DNA of 61,837 nt, filler included, from Candidatus Nezhaarchaeota archaeon WYZ-LMO8 (GTDB taxonomy: Archaea; Thermoproteota; Methanomethylicia; Nezhaarchaeales; WYZ-LMO8): NCBI GenBank assembly GCA_004347965.1. It is 10 parts of 10 records of this genome, joined end to end, with 100 filler letters (N's around TTAATTAATTAA, not from the genome) between each part and the next. Parts side by side here need not be neighbours in the genome. Positions count along the whole stretch, not along the records: positions 30,100 to 35,764 come from QNVF01000054.1; positions 35,865 to 41,233 come from QNVF01000055.1; 8 more parts are not named here. One strand, 5' to 3'. The notes under the pieces were generated by a model, which was not told the origin of the DNA, did not search any database, and saw only the letters and a list, made by a program, of their open reading frames with translations. Both the position numbers and the translations under genes were made by a program. Positions 30,798 to 40,969 of this stretch are shown piece by piece; the first letter of the stretch is position 1; each line of letters starts with the position of its first letter.

Positions 30798-31844
30798 TCA
30801 TATCAGTGAGAGCCACTTGCTTCCTCCTTTTTGTAGGGTTCCAACAACGTTTATCTTCTCTCCACACTTAGGACATGTATTGTCAGCCTTGAGGTTCCAC
30901 CTCAATATGTCGAAGGAGAAGCGCTCTATCAAAATCTCTTTGCAGCTTGGGCAGTAAGTGTGCTCAAGCCTATGTCCTGGAACGTTCCCTATGTAGACGT
31001 ACTTCAACCCGACGTCCATGGCTATTTCAGCCGCCTTCTCTAAAGTCGATATGGGGGTTGAAGGTACCTCGTAAAGCTGATAGTCTGGGTGAAACCTCAA
31101 TACGTGGAAGGGGACGTCTTTACCGAGGATCTCAACTATCCTTGATGCTAACTCTCTAAGCCCTCCTAAGTCATCTCCGTACTTAGTTACCAATAAGTTA
31201 GTGATTTCGATGAAGATTCCCACCCTCTTCATCTCTTTGAGGGTCTCAAATATGGGTTCAGGATCTGGAACAGCCATGAGCTCTCTGTAGAACTTGGGAT
31301 CAGCAGAACCTTTGAAGTCAACTGTAGCCGCGTTAAGGTATTGGCTTATTGTCCTAACGGCTTCTGGGGTCATGTAGCCGTTGGTGACGAAAGTGTTGAA
31401 CAGCCCCTTCTCTCGTGCCAGCTTAGCAGTATCATATGCGTATTCAAAGAATATCGTGGGCTCAGTGTATGTATAGCTTACCCCATGACAACCGTACTTC
31501 AATGACGATGAGATGACTTTCTCAGGCGGGAAGTCTAAACCCTCTATCTCTCTGCTTTGGCTTATGGTCCAGTTGTCACAAAACTTGCATCTGAAGTTGC
31601 AACCTATGGTTGCTATGCTCATAACTGCTGATCCAGGGTAATAATGGAAGAGAGGCTTCTTCTCTATTGGGTCGACGTTAGCTGCTATCGCTTTACCATA
31701 AACTAAACTGTAGAGCACACCATCAACGTTCTTCCTAACACTACAAAAGCCTATAGAACCTTTTGGTATTCGGCACCTCCTATGGCATAGCTCGCACTCA
31801 ACACTACCATCAGATAGCTGAGAGTACAACATGGCTTCTTTCAA
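30798..31844 (-). CDS. amrS: AmmeMemoRadiSam system radical SAM enzyme
   Basis: CELCHRRC, DPIEKKPLFH, GCNFRCKFCDNW, YTYTEP, YIGNVPG, TYCPSC. Confidence 0.93.
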   Translation of the reverse strand: MKEAMLYSQLSDGSVECELCHRRCRIPKGSIGFCSVRKNVDGVLYSLVYGKAIAANVDPIEKKPLFHYYPGSAVMSIATIGCNFRCKFCDNWTISQSREIEGLDFPPEKVISSSLKYGCHGVSYTYTEPTIFFEYAYDTAKLAREKGLFNTFVTNGYMTPEAVRTISQYLNAATVDFKGSADPKFYRELMAVPDPEPIFETLKEMKRVGIFIEITNLLVTKYGDDLGGLRELASRIVEILGKDVPFHVLRFHPDYQLYEVPSTPISTLEKAAEIAMDVGLKYVYIGNVPGHRLEHTYCPSCKEILIERFSFDILRWNLKADNTCPKCGEKINVVGTLQKGGSKWLSLI

Positions 31845-31962
31845 TTACAGTCTCCCCAATAACCCCTGCGTAGAAGCTTTACTTCAAGTTTATCGTTATC
31901 CACAAATGGAGCTGTAATTCTCCTTTAGAGGGTAGGTTAAAATTTAAGGTTGATATATGATC

Positions 31963-33561
31963 TCACAAGTTTTGCGTTAAAACGACCTTCATGACGTGCT
32001 CTTGCCTCTTTGGAAAACCTCCGTACTTCTCTCTTAGCTCTCTGTAAAGTATCTTCCAACCGCCCATCTTCGGTAGACTATCAAGGAAGATGATGTAGCG
32101 TGGCACTTTGTAGCTAGCCATCCTCTCCTTACAGAACTCTATTATCTCCTCGCTGGTCGCCTTAACACCAGGCTTTAAGACTACAGCTGCAGCTGGAATC
32201 TCACCCCTCCTCTCATCGTACTTAGAGAAGACAGCTACCTCAGCTACCTTAGGGTGCTTGAGAAGTACGTTCTCAACCTCAGCTGGATATATCTTCCAGC
32301 CAGACATCACTATCACGTCCTTCTTCCTCGCTGTTATATAGAGGACACCTTCTTCATCCAAGTAGCCTAGATCACCTGTTAGGAACCAACCATCTTGTAG
32401 GAAGGCTTTTGCCGTCTCTTCTGAGTTTCTCCAGTAGCCTTTAGCTACTCCAGGACCTCTCAAAGCTATTTCGCCCACCTCTCCTGGCTTCAGTTCTATT
32501 AGCGGGTTTTCTGGATCGACTATCTTGACCTCACAGTAGCCTATTGGTGCTCCAATGCTTCTAAAGCCCTTCGATAAGTGTTGAAATTGATATGGTACTG
32601 CTGTTGCTGTCCCTACGACTATTGTCTCAGAAAGCCCGTAAGCGTTAACTACCTCAATATGGGGGTACTTCTCCGTGAACTTCCTCCAAAGTTCCTCTGG
32701 TGTTGGTGCTCCACCAGTTATTATGCACCTAGCGCTCTTGAGTTTGTCTTCAGAGCCTTGAGGTGCATGAACTAGCGAGTACAGTACTGGAGGCATTCCT
32801 GATAAGATGGTCGCTCCATACTCCTCCGCTAGGCTCAAGTACTCTTCTAAGTTGAAGCGCTCCATGATTACAAAGGTTGCCCCATACCTCAATGCTGTTA
32901 TGCCCCAACTAACACCGACGTGGAAGTGCGGATAAATCCCGAGGTACACGTCGTTCTCTGTTAACCTTAAGACCCATCTCTCAGCCTCAACGGCCGCCAT
33001 CCAGTTTCCATGAGTCAACATGGCGCCTTTAGGTCTTCCAGTGGTCCCAGATGTATACTGTATCTGGCATAAGTCGTCTAGTGAGCAGTTCTCGAGAGTG
33101 CGCTTAGCTGTTGAAGAGCTCATAACCTCGCTTAGACTTAAGGTGTTATTAACACCATTCAACGATATTACCTTCACCTTACTTAAATCAGCATCGACCT
33201 TCGGTAGCACGTTAAGACACACGTCGTCCAGCGCTATGATGGCTTTAGGCTCAGCATCGTTTATTATGATGGTCAACTCCTCAGACTTGAAGTCCGGGTT
33301 GACCGGAACTGCTATTGCTCCTATCCTCCAAATAGCGAAATAGCTTGTTATGGTCTCAGGCCTATTACCGGTGCACACTATTACTCTATCTCCCTTCTGA
33401 AGCCCTAAACCTCTCAATCCACTCGCAAGCTCATTAACCATATCTAAGAGCTCTTTGTATGTTATAACCTTCCTACCCTTTGGATAAATGATTGCTTGCT
33501 TAGCTCCATAGTATATGGCGTTGGAATCCAAGAATGATGTGAAATTAACCACGAGCATCAC
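31963..33561 (-). CDS. Class I adenylate-forming enzyme (acyl/aryl-CoA ligase)
   Basis: YTSGTTGRPKG, YGLSET, TGDLG, RKKD, YKVPR. Confidence 0.92.
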   Translation of the reverse strand: MMLVVNFTSFLDSNAIYYGAKQAIIYPKGRKVITYKELLDMVNELASGLRGLGLQKGDRVIVCTGNRPETITSYFAIWRIGAIAVPVNPDFKSEELTIIINDAEPKAIIALDDVCLNVLPKVDADLSKVKVISLNGVNNTLSLSEVMSSSTAKRTLENCSLDDLCQIQYTSGTTGRPKGAMLTHGNWMAAVEAERWVLRLTENDVYLGIYPHFHVGVSWGITALRYGATFVIMERFNLEEYLSLAEEYGATILSGMPPVLYSLVHAPQGSEDKLKSARCIITGGAPTPEELWRKFTEKYPHIEVVNAYGLSETIVVGTATAVPYQFQHLSKGFRSIGAPIGYCEVKIVDPENPLIELKPGEVGEIALRGPGVAKGYWRNSEETAKAFLQDGWFLTGDLGYLDEEGVLYITARKKDVIVMSGWKIYPAEVENVLLKHPKVAEVAVFSKYDERRGEIPAAAVVLKPGVKATSEEIIEFCKERMASYKVPRYIIFLDSLPKMGGWKILYRELREKYGGFPKRQEHVMKVVLTQNL

Positions 33562-35069
33562 CCTAACGGCTCTAAGGCCTTACTAGAAGGCTTCTTAGTA
33601 AGTAAGCTGACTAGGAAGAATGATAGTAGTGAGGCTGCCAGTGCTGGAAATACTGTGTGTATGTATGTTGCCTTGTACAAGAACAAGTGCCAGTATAAAC
33701 CAATAACCAGACCTGAAATCATCGATGCTATTGCACCAAACTTCGTGGCTCTCCTCCAATATAGCCCTATGGTTATGGGGCCTAAGAAGCAGACAAAGAT
33801 TATGCCGAAGGCTGCTGCAACTATCTCAACTATTATCCCCTCCTGAATCAAAGTCAGTAGAAGCGATATTACAGCAAATGCTATTGGAACAACTCTCGCC
33901 AAAGCCACTAACTTCTCTTCACTTACCTTAGGCTTAAGTGATTGTACTACATCTCTCGTAAGGGTTGCAGATAAGACAATTAAAGTCACCGCTAGGGTTG
34001 ACATAGAAGCTGCTACCGGAGCCGCTAATATCAAACCTCTTACACCGGATGGTGCTAGAATGCTCACGGTCTTGGGGATGACCCAATCAGGATCCTTCAT
34101 CAATCTTGCAACCTCAGAAACTGTCAACTGATGATCGAGGATCACGTGGCAAAACGCTCCTAACGAGAAGACAGCTATAGCGTAAGCTGCTACTAACACT
34201 GGTCCCAAAAGCCTTCCTCCATCTATTACCTTCACATTCTTAGCTGCATAGAACTGCATAAGCAAGCTTGGTAGAGCTACTTGAGCCATGCTTATTGAGA
34301 ACGTCACCCCCATTATTAAGTACGGAACCATGTCGATTTCCATTGCACGCGACGGACCCGCACCATTAAGCTTAAGCCATAAGGATCCAGGCATCTTATC
34401 CATTATCGTCATCTCTTGGAGACTCTTAATGCCTTCAAGTGGACCACCAACAGCTGACATTATGTAACCGAAAGCTAGGAAAGCTGCTAGAAGCATTAAG
34501 GAGCCCAAGAGGAGATTGTTGAGAACTGCAGCTCTAAGCCCGCCGAGACCAATGTACACCAGGACAGGAATTGTGAGAAGCATGAGACCTACTTCAAAGC
34601 TTGTGTTAAGAAATGTGGCAATTATTATCGCACCACCCTTATAGACGCTTGTTAAGTACAATGTGAATAGGAACATCATGACTATTGCTGAGACAGCTTT
34701 GGCTGCTCTACTCTCATATCTACGTTCTATGAAGTCTGGTATGCTGATTATGTTGGTTTTTGAGGCGTACCTGAATAGCCTTTCAGCGACGAGAATCCAC
34801 ATCAACACCACCCCAACTATGTGCCAAGCTGTAAGCCAAGCCCCAAAGCCAAGGTTGTAGAGGTAAGTTGCACCTCCACCTCCAAGGAACGATGCCGCAC
34901 TAAAGTAGGTTGCCATGATCGAGAAGGCTAAAGCTATTGCACCGAGCTCCTTACCAGCTAGGAAGTAATTGACAAGTGACCTGCTATATTTAAAGCCTCT
35001 AGTACCTACGATTATTACTGCCAACATGATTACTGCTATTATGGATGCATCGAGAACATCGAATGTCAT
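33558..35069 (-). CDS. Sodium:solute symporter (PanF/PutP-like)
   Basis: YFLAG, ATYFSAASFLGGGG, DFIERRY, GGLRA, AASMST, GLYWRRAT. Confidence 0.92.
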   Translation of the reverse strand: MTFDVLDASIIAVIMLAVIIVGTRGFKYSRSLVNYFLAGKELGAIALAFSIMATYFSAASFLGGGGATYLYNLGFGAWLTAWHIVGVVLMWILVAERLFRYASKTNIISIPDFIERRYESRAAKAVSAIVMMFLFTLYLTSVYKGGAIIIATFLNTSFEVGLMLLTIPVLVYIGLGGLRAAVLNNLLLGSLMLLAAFLAFGYIMSAVGGPLEGIKSLQEMTIMDKMPGSLWLKLNGAGPSRAMEIDMVPYLIMGVTFSISMAQVALPSLLMQFYAAKNVKVIDGGRLLGPVLVAAYAIAVFSLGAFCHVILDHQLTVSEVARLMKDPDWVIPKTVSILAPSGVRGLILAAPVAASMSTLAVTLIVLSATLTRDVVQSLKPKVSEEKLVALARVVPIAFAVISLLLTLIQEGIIVEIVAAAFGIIFVCFLGPITIGLYWRRATKFGAIASMISGLVIGLYWHLFLYKATYIHTVFPALAASLLSFFLVSLLTKKPSSKALEPLG

Positions 35070-35176
35070 TTTCGCTCACCCTTCCTAGCTTTATAGAGTC
35101 CGTAGATCAACCCTATGAGTAGCACAATAACTGCGATTGCATAGCCGCTTAGGATCATCGGATCTAGAGTTATCAT
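35066..35176 (-). CDS. Single-TM symporter small accessory protein (36 aa, missing from ORF track)
   Basis: MITLDPMILSGYAIAVIVLLIGLIYGLYKARKGERK; ATGA overlap with symporter start. Confidence 0.75.
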   Translation of the reverse strand: MITLDPMILSGYAIAVIVLLIGLIYGLYKARKGERK

Positions 35177-35289
35177 ATGTCATTCCCTTCCTACAAGTGG
35201 ACATTTTTGAATTTTTAAAGTCTTTCTAGTACATTTCTGTACAATGGAGAAAATCATATATTTTGGTTAAAGCAAAGAAATGATGTGCA

Positions 35290-35764
35290 ATGAGGTTATG
35301 TGACTTACCTTGCAAAAGTGATCAGTTTAAAATTAGAGCTGAAGATCCCCTCACGACAGCAATTAATGCTTTAGCTCGAGGTCTTCATACACTCCTCGTA
35401 GTTGATGAGCATGATAGGCTTCGGGGTTTAATTACAGCTTCTAGAGTTCTAAGCTTAGTATCAGCGCTTGCAATGAACTCCAAGCTTCTCAGCTATCCTG
35501 TAAGCCTGTTTGTGGATGAAAGAGCTACAACAATGCACTATGAGTACCCAATAGAAGCAGCTCTTCAATTAATGGCTGAGGAGAGAAAGAGCCACTTAGT
35601 TATTGTGGATGGATTAAAGGTAGTAGGTTTGCTAACTCATCGATGCCTTCTAAGCTTAATTTCAGGTCTAGAAATAGACTTAAAGAAGCTGGCTTCAAAA
35701 GATGTTCCAACGCTCTTAACTCACAGTAGCTTAGCGGAAGCCCTTAAGGTCATGAGGAAGATAA
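35290..35764 (+). CDS. CBS-domain protein, 3' truncated
   Basis: LLVVDEHDRLRGLIT and LVIVDGLKVVGLLT CBS repeats. Confidence 0.8.
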
Positions 35765-35864
35765 NNNNNNNNNNNNNNNNNNNNNNNNNNNNNNNNNNNN
35801 NNNNNNNNTTAATTAATTAANNNNNNNNNNNNNNNNNNNNNNNNNNNNNNNNNNNNNNNNNNNN
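35765..35864. other. Artificial contig-joining spacer
   Basis: N44-TTAATTAATTAA-N44. Confidence 0.99.
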
Positions 35865-35993
35865 AAAAAAACTGAACCATTCTCGTAAGGGTATGCTTGT
35901 TGTATAAAGAATGTAAAAGGTCAAGAAGCTTAATGGTTATAGGGGTTTAAGAAAGGTTTCAGACCTTGGAACTCTGAATTTCATAGTCCTTTT

Positions 35994-37628
35994 CTAGGTC
36001 GCTGATGGCCTTGTAATAGCTTCGTACCTCTCTTTTCCGATAACCTTTGATGCTTCAGGCCCCATTACTGCCGCAACTAGAAGTTCTGTTAAGTCCACAT
36101 TCATCAATTTAAAGGATTTGATTTTAACGGCATCTTCAAAGTTGAAGTAGCAGAAGGGGCATGTATGAATAGCTATGGAGACCTCTTTGGGCACGTCTTC
36201 ACGTATCCTATAAGCTGCGACTTCTCTAGCAACTTCACGAAAGCCTGATCTCACACCTCCACCAGCCCCGCAGCACAATGATTTTTCACGATATCTTCCA
36301 TTAAGCATTTCCTGTAAGTCTATGCCTAGAGCTCTTATTATCTCTCGAGGTGGATCGAAGACTCCAACGTGTCTTCCAAGATGGCAAGGATCATGGTACG
36401 TTGCTTTAAAGTTAAGCCCATCTTTAACGCTTAGAGCTCCTTCTTTTAAGTACCTGTTAAAGAGCTCTGAGGAATGTAGAATCTCAGCTCCCAGCTCAAT
36501 GCCGAGTCTCATTGGGTAATCAACCTTAAAGGTTCTATAGCATCCAGCACAGGACGTCACTATTGTGTGTACGTTCTTGAACTTTTTGAGTATATCTTTC
36601 AAGTATAGTGCGAATGACTGAGCAAGCTCCATATCGTTAAGCCTAAAGAGTACAGAGCCACAGTCGCGCTCATAGGGACCTAGAGCTGTAAAGTTTACGC
36701 CTGCGAGCTTAAGCAATGTTGCAGTTGCTCTTGCAACTGTTTGCTCCCTCCAGCTAGCCATGCAACCAGCGAAGTAAAGTACTTCAGCATCCTCCTTAGC
36801 TATAGGCACGTTTAAGGACGGAAGACCGCTCCACTCACCAAAGCAGTTACCCCTGCTCTCCGCAAGCTCTCCTAGAGGATTGTAATTCCTTCTTAAACTT
36901 TCAACAACAAATCGGTGATCCGGCCTTAAGAGGTTGCGCTTATTGTAGGCTATGTAGCGCATTCGACCTACCGCCTTCTCTGGTATGTCGATCTCCTTGG
37001 GACATACTTCCTTACACATGGCACATTGAGTGCAGGCATTAAGACCCTCTAGGAAAGCTAAGAGTATGTGGTCGAACACATTTCTCCTGTCGAGAGCCGC
37101 CTTGGCTATGCTGTTCATGACTACTGGTCCGCCGTAGACGTCCCACGCAACTTTCACGACTGGACACATAGATACGCAACACCAGCATTCAATACATTCT
37201 CTTAAGGGCTTGACCTCCTCGATTTCCCATTGATACATCACTTCAGGTCTCTTGTACGGAGAGCCTCTGTGAACATAGGGTCTTACTTTGAGTATCTTCC
37301 TAACACACTTCTCCACGTCAACAACTAAGTCTTTAATTACTGGAAATACTGGAAGTGGCTCAATAACTATCTCTTTGTCTTCAGGAGACAATAATGTCTG
37401 ACATGCTAATGCTGCTTTCCCGTTGATCATCATGCCACAGCTTCCACACTGACCTGCCCTACATTCCCATCGGTAGGTCAACGTGCTATCTAAGTGCTCT
37501 CTAACGTAGTTTAGAAGGTCAAGGACTCTTGCCCCCTCCACGTAAGGTACTTCGTAGATTTCATAGTGGGGTTTGTCATCCTCTAAGGGGTTGTATCGGA
37601 AGACCTTAAGTCTCACCTTCTTCTCCAT
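35994..37628 (-). CDS. tfrB: Fumarate reductase Fe-S subunit fused to two CCG (HdrB/D-like) domains, TfrB type
   Basis: CRAGQCGSC..C [2Fe-2S]; CIECWCC..CP and CTQCAMC..CP; YFAGC, DCG, SCAGC, YHDPCHLGR, CCGAGGG, TCPFC. Confidence 0.85.
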   Translation of the reverse strand: MEKKVRLKVFRYNPLEDDKPHYEIYEVPYVEGARVLDLLNYVREHLDSTLTYRWECRAGQCGSCGMMINGKAALACQTLLSPEDKEIVIEPLPVFPVIKDLVVDVEKCVRKILKVRPYVHRGSPYKRPEVMYQWEIEEVKPLRECIECWCCVSMCPVVKVAWDVYGGPVVMNSIAKAALDRRNVFDHILLAFLEGLNACTQCAMCKEVCPKEIDIPEKAVGRMRYIAYNKRNLLRPDHRFVVESLRRNYNPLGELAESRGNCFGEWSGLPSLNVPIAKEDAEVLYFAGCMASWREQTVARATATLLKLAGVNFTALGPYERDCGSVLFRLNDMELAQSFALYLKDILKKFKNVHTIVTSCAGCYRTFKVDYPMRLGIELGAEILHSSELFNRYLKEGALSVKDGLNFKATYHDPCHLGRHVGVFDPPREIIRALGIDLQEMLNGRYREKSLCCGAGGGVRSGFREVAREVAAYRIREDVPKEVSIAIHTCPFCYFNFEDAVKIKSFKLMNVDLTELLVAAVMGPEASKVIGKERYEAITRPSAT

Positions 37629-37640
37629 AAGCCCTTCTCC

Positions 37641-39341
37641 TCATGTTGTTGGTTGCTTTATTATTGTCATGGTTACTGGCTTAAATTTATACTTGAGCCG
37701 CTCACCGTCCAAGTACCAGACTATGTGCTTAAGCCAGTTAACGTCGTCTCTCTTCGGGTAGTCTAGCCTCCAATGCGCTCCTCGGCTCTCCTTTCTTATC
37801 TTAGCTGATTTTACAAGTATCTCTGCGACTCTAACTAAGTTGAACGTTTCAAGGACCTCGACCAGCTCCTTATTGTAGTGCAGAGTTTTTGTTTCAGCTG
37901 GCTTAAGCTTTGGAAGTATATTAGCCTTCATGTACTCAATTTCACTCTCAACCTTGGATAAGCTGTCCTCGGTTCGTGATATTCCAGCGCCTTCCCACAT
38001 AAGCTTGCCAAGTCTACTACGAACTTGTGCTACTGACTTACTATCGTTGCATGGCTTAATGAGGCCATCGAATTTTTGAAGTTCAATCTTTATCTGAGAC
38101 TTGTCAACCAGTTCTCTAATACTTTCCTTCACGAAGAGGGCTGCACTTTCACCGGCACGCTTCCCAAAGACTTGCGTGGCTAGTAGTGAATTCCCTCCAA
38201 GCCTGTTAGCCCCATGTACACCACTCATTTCTTCTCCAGCTACGAAGAGACCTTTAACCGCCGTTCTTCCATTGACGTCGGCCCTAACGCCACCCATATA
38301 GTAATGTGCTGCTGGAGCCACTTCCATTGGTTGCTTAGTTATATCAACTCCTGCCAACAGAAATTGCTTGTACATCGTCTTAAGTCTTTCACGTACTCTC
38401 TCAGGGGGTAAGTGGGTTACTGATAGGTACACGCCTCCATGTTCTGTCCCTCGCCCTTCTTGAACCTCTCTCCATATGGAGCGAGCGACAACATCCCGAG
38501 GAGCTAGCTCCAATAGTTTATGATAGCGTGTCATGAAGCGTTCGCCTTTAATGTTCAGCAGTATTCCACCTTCACCTCTAACTCCCTCGGTAACGAGGAC
38601 CCCTCTACACGAGGGCGGCCACACCATCGCTGTGGGATGGAATTGGAACATCTCCATATCCTGAAGCTCAGCGCCAGCATCTAGCGCAAGGATCTTACCA
38701 TCGCCAGTAGCTGATGCGGGATTTGTAGTAACTTCGTACATGCGTCCAGCTCCTCCAGTGGCTAGAATGACTGCTTTGCTCTTGAAGACTATGAAGTCAC
38801 CTGACCTCATGTCAAAAGCAAAAGCTCCAGACACAGATCTATTGTTAGTCAGTAACTTGCTTACGAACACCTCCTCCATCACCCGAACAGCTCGTCTTCT
38901 AACTTCGTCGCACAGGGTGATCATGATCTCATGGCCAGTATAGTCAGAGACGAAGCACGTTCGAGGGTGCCTAGCCTTTCCGAATGGCCTTTGAGCTAAC
39001 TTACCGTCAGGTGTCCTGTCAAATACTGCTCCCATTTCTTCTAGGTCGTAGACCCTATCAGGTCCCTCCTTCACTAAAACCTCTACTAGGTCTTGGTCGT
39101 TTAACCATTCTCCTCCTTCAACAGTATCTAAGAAGTGCTCCATCCAGTTATCGTTTGGATCTACATTGCCAAGAGCTGCGTTTATTCCTCCTTCAGCCAT
39201 CACTGTATGAGCTTTTCCTAAGAGCTCTTTGCACACTAGAACCACATCAACATTATGCTTTGAAGCTTCTATAGCTGCTCGAAGTCCTGCACCTCCCCCT
39301 CCTATTATTAAGACGTCTGTCTCTAATGTCTCATAGCTCAA
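37641..39341 (-). CDS. tfrA: Fumarate reductase/succinate dehydrogenase flavoprotein subunit, TfrA type
   Basis: GGGGAG, KAHTVMAEGG, QFHPT, TEGVRGEG, ELAPRD, HYYMGG, HGANRLGGNSL, ESRGAH. Confidence 0.88.
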   Translation of the reverse strand: MSYETLETDVLIIGGGGAGLRAAIEASKHNVDVVLVCKELLGKAHTVMAEGGINAALGNVDPNDNWMEHFLDTVEGGEWLNDQDLVEVLVKEGPDRVYDLEEMGAVFDRTPDGKLAQRPFGKARHPRTCFVSDYTGHEIMITLCDEVRRRAVRVMEEVFVSKLLTNNRSVSGAFAFDMRSGDFIVFKSKAVILATGGAGRMYEVTTNPASATGDGKILALDAGAELQDMEMFQFHPTAMVWPPSCRGVLVTEGVRGEGGILLNIKGERFMTRYHKLLELAPRDVVARSIWREVQEGRGTEHGGVYLSVTHLPPERVRERLKTMYKQFLLAGVDITKQPMEVAPAAHYYMGGVRADVNGRTAVKGLFVAGEEMSGVHGANRLGGNSLLATQVFGKRAGESAALFVKESIRELVDKSQIKIELQKFDGLIKPCNDSKSVAQVRSRLGKLMWEGAGISRTEDSLSKVESEIEYMKANILPKLKPAETKTLHYNKELVEVLETFNLVRVAEILVKSAKIRKESRGAHWRLDYPKRDDVNWLKHIVWYLDGERLKYKFKPVTMTIIKQPTT

Positions 39342-39348
39342 AGAAAAG

Positions 39349-39939
39349 TTACCTCCTTAACATTCCTCTAACTCTCTTGCTCACTTCAAGTTCTAGCTTC
39401 TCGTATAAACTGTTTCCTTGAGCATCCATCGTTACTATGAGGGGCCCGAAGTCTTCGACCTCAAGAACCCATAGAGCCTCAGGAACCCCCAGATCAAGCC
39501 ATTCAACTTTTACTACACGCTTAACGCACTTAGCTGCTAGTACTGCGGCTCCACCAGTATAGTGGCAGTACACAGCCCCACGTTCTTTCAAAGCATCTGC
39601 AACCTCTCGACTCATTCCACCCTTCCCTATTATCATTCTTATAGTATAGTACTTCAAGAGAGTTGGAGTAACCCTGTTCATTCTGCTACTTGTAGTGGGA
39701 CCGGCAGACACTACCTCCCATTCTCCATCAAGCTTGCGAACCACCGGACCAGCATGGTATATTACAGCACCATCCATTTGTACTGGAGGTTTTTGACCCT
39801 TCTCAGCTAGCTCTATGAATCTTCTGTGAGCCATGTCTCTTGCCGTGTAGATAATTCCGGAAACGTAGACTACATCTTCGATACTTAGCTTTCTAACGTC
39901 CTCTTCCTTTAGCGGGGTCGTTAACTTGTACTCGACCAT
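39349..39939 (-). CDS. Fe-S fumarate hydratase/tartrate dehydratase beta subunit
   Basis: TARDMAH, YHAGP, GPTTSSRM, IGKGG, DLGVPEA; likely start ATG 39939. Confidence 0.92.
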   Translation of the reverse strand: MVEYKLTTPLKEEDVRKLSIEDVVYVSGIIYTARDMAHRRFIELAEKGQKPPVQMDGAVIYHAGPVVRKLDGEWEVVSAGPTTSSRMNRVTPTLLKYYTIRMIIGKGGMSREVADALKERGAVYCHYTGGAAVLAAKCVKRVVKVEWLDLGVPEALWVLEVEDFGPLIVTMDAQGNSLYEKLELEVSKRVRGMLRR

Positions 39940-39950
39940 AAAGCTCCCTC

Positions 39951-40811
39951 CTAGTTTAATATTTTCCAAGAGCCGTCAGGATAAATACGAGCCGTAGCTC
40001 TTCTGTCAGCCCAGCATTGAAGGTTTATGCCTACTGGTAAACTTGCTGTGTGGCAGTATGCATACTCAATTTTTACGTCTAGCGCCGTTGTCCTTCCTCC
40101 AAGACCCATAGGACCAATGCCCGTAGAATTCACCAACTCAAGAAGTTCTTTTTCAAGCCTTGCTACCTCCTCTTCAGGGTGTCTCACACCTAGTGGCCTT
40201 ATCATAGCCATCTTCGCAAGCTTAAAGGTCAGGTCTACGGTGCCACCAATGCCAATGTTCACAACGGTCGGAGGACAAGGTTGTCCTCCTGCGTTTACTA
40301 TAGTCTCTAATACTACTCGCTTCACACCTTCTATACCTTCTCCTGGTGGGATCATGTAGAGAGCAGACATGTTTTCTGAACCACCACCCTTTAAGGTGGC
40401 GGTTATGTCCACGTAGTCGGCATCTTCATACATGAGTGTTACTCCAGGTATGTGGAGACCTGTGTTATCCCCTGAATTCTTTCTAGTTAATGGATGAACA
40501 GCATTAGGTCTAAGCGGTACTTCCTTGGTCGCTCTTATGGTAGCTCGTCTCAGGGATTCCTCAAGAGCCTTGTGATCTAAGCTCCTTCCTTTAATGAAGA
40601 ACGAGACTATCCCTGTATCTTGACAGACTGGGCTGTTCAATCGCTCTGCTATGGTGATGTTATCTATTATCGCTTTAAGTTGTGTTTTACCCAACTTCGA
40701 GGTTTCTTCTTCATAAGCTTTTTGAAGCGATGACTTGACGTCCTTGGGGAGAACTATTGAGGCTCTCTTAATGAGTTGAAACGCTACCTCCTCGATTAAG
40801 CTTGCTCTCAC
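39951..40811 (-). CDS. Fe-S fumarate hydratase/tartrate dehydratase alpha subunit
   Basis: PVCQDTG, KGGGSEN, PCPP, GIGPMGLGG, CHTASLP, QCWADR. Confidence 0.93.
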   Translation of the reverse strand: MRASLIEEVAFQLIKRASIVLPKDVKSSLQKAYEEETSKLGKTQLKAIIDNITIAERLNSPVCQDTGIVSFFIKGRSLDHKALEESLRRATIRATKEVPLRPNAVHPLTRKNSGDNTGLHIPGVTLMYEDADYVDITATLKGGGSENMSALYMIPPGEGIEGVKRVVLETIVNAGGQPCPPTVVNIGIGGTVDLTFKLAKMAMIRPLGVRHPEEEVARLEKELLELVNSTGIGPMGLGGRTTALDVKIEYAYCHTASLPVGINLQCWADRRATARIYPDGSWKILN

Positions 40812-40969
40812 AGATTCTCACCCTTCGAGACTTTACTCTTGAGGGTACAGTTTTCCTTAAATAACTTTTCACTGAAGTTCTCGGTTTTGCAATTGATGAT
40901 TCTCCTTTTATAGAGTTCACTAGTCAACAGGACCATATGTAAGTGTTTAAGAGAATGTATCCTAGAAGT

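Noticed and set aside
35264..35275. 12-mer TGGTTAAAGCAA shared with 50768-50779, both in divergent regions near CoA ligases
   Set aside because: About one such match is expected by chance among a few kb of AT-rich intergenic DNA, and it is not palindromic.
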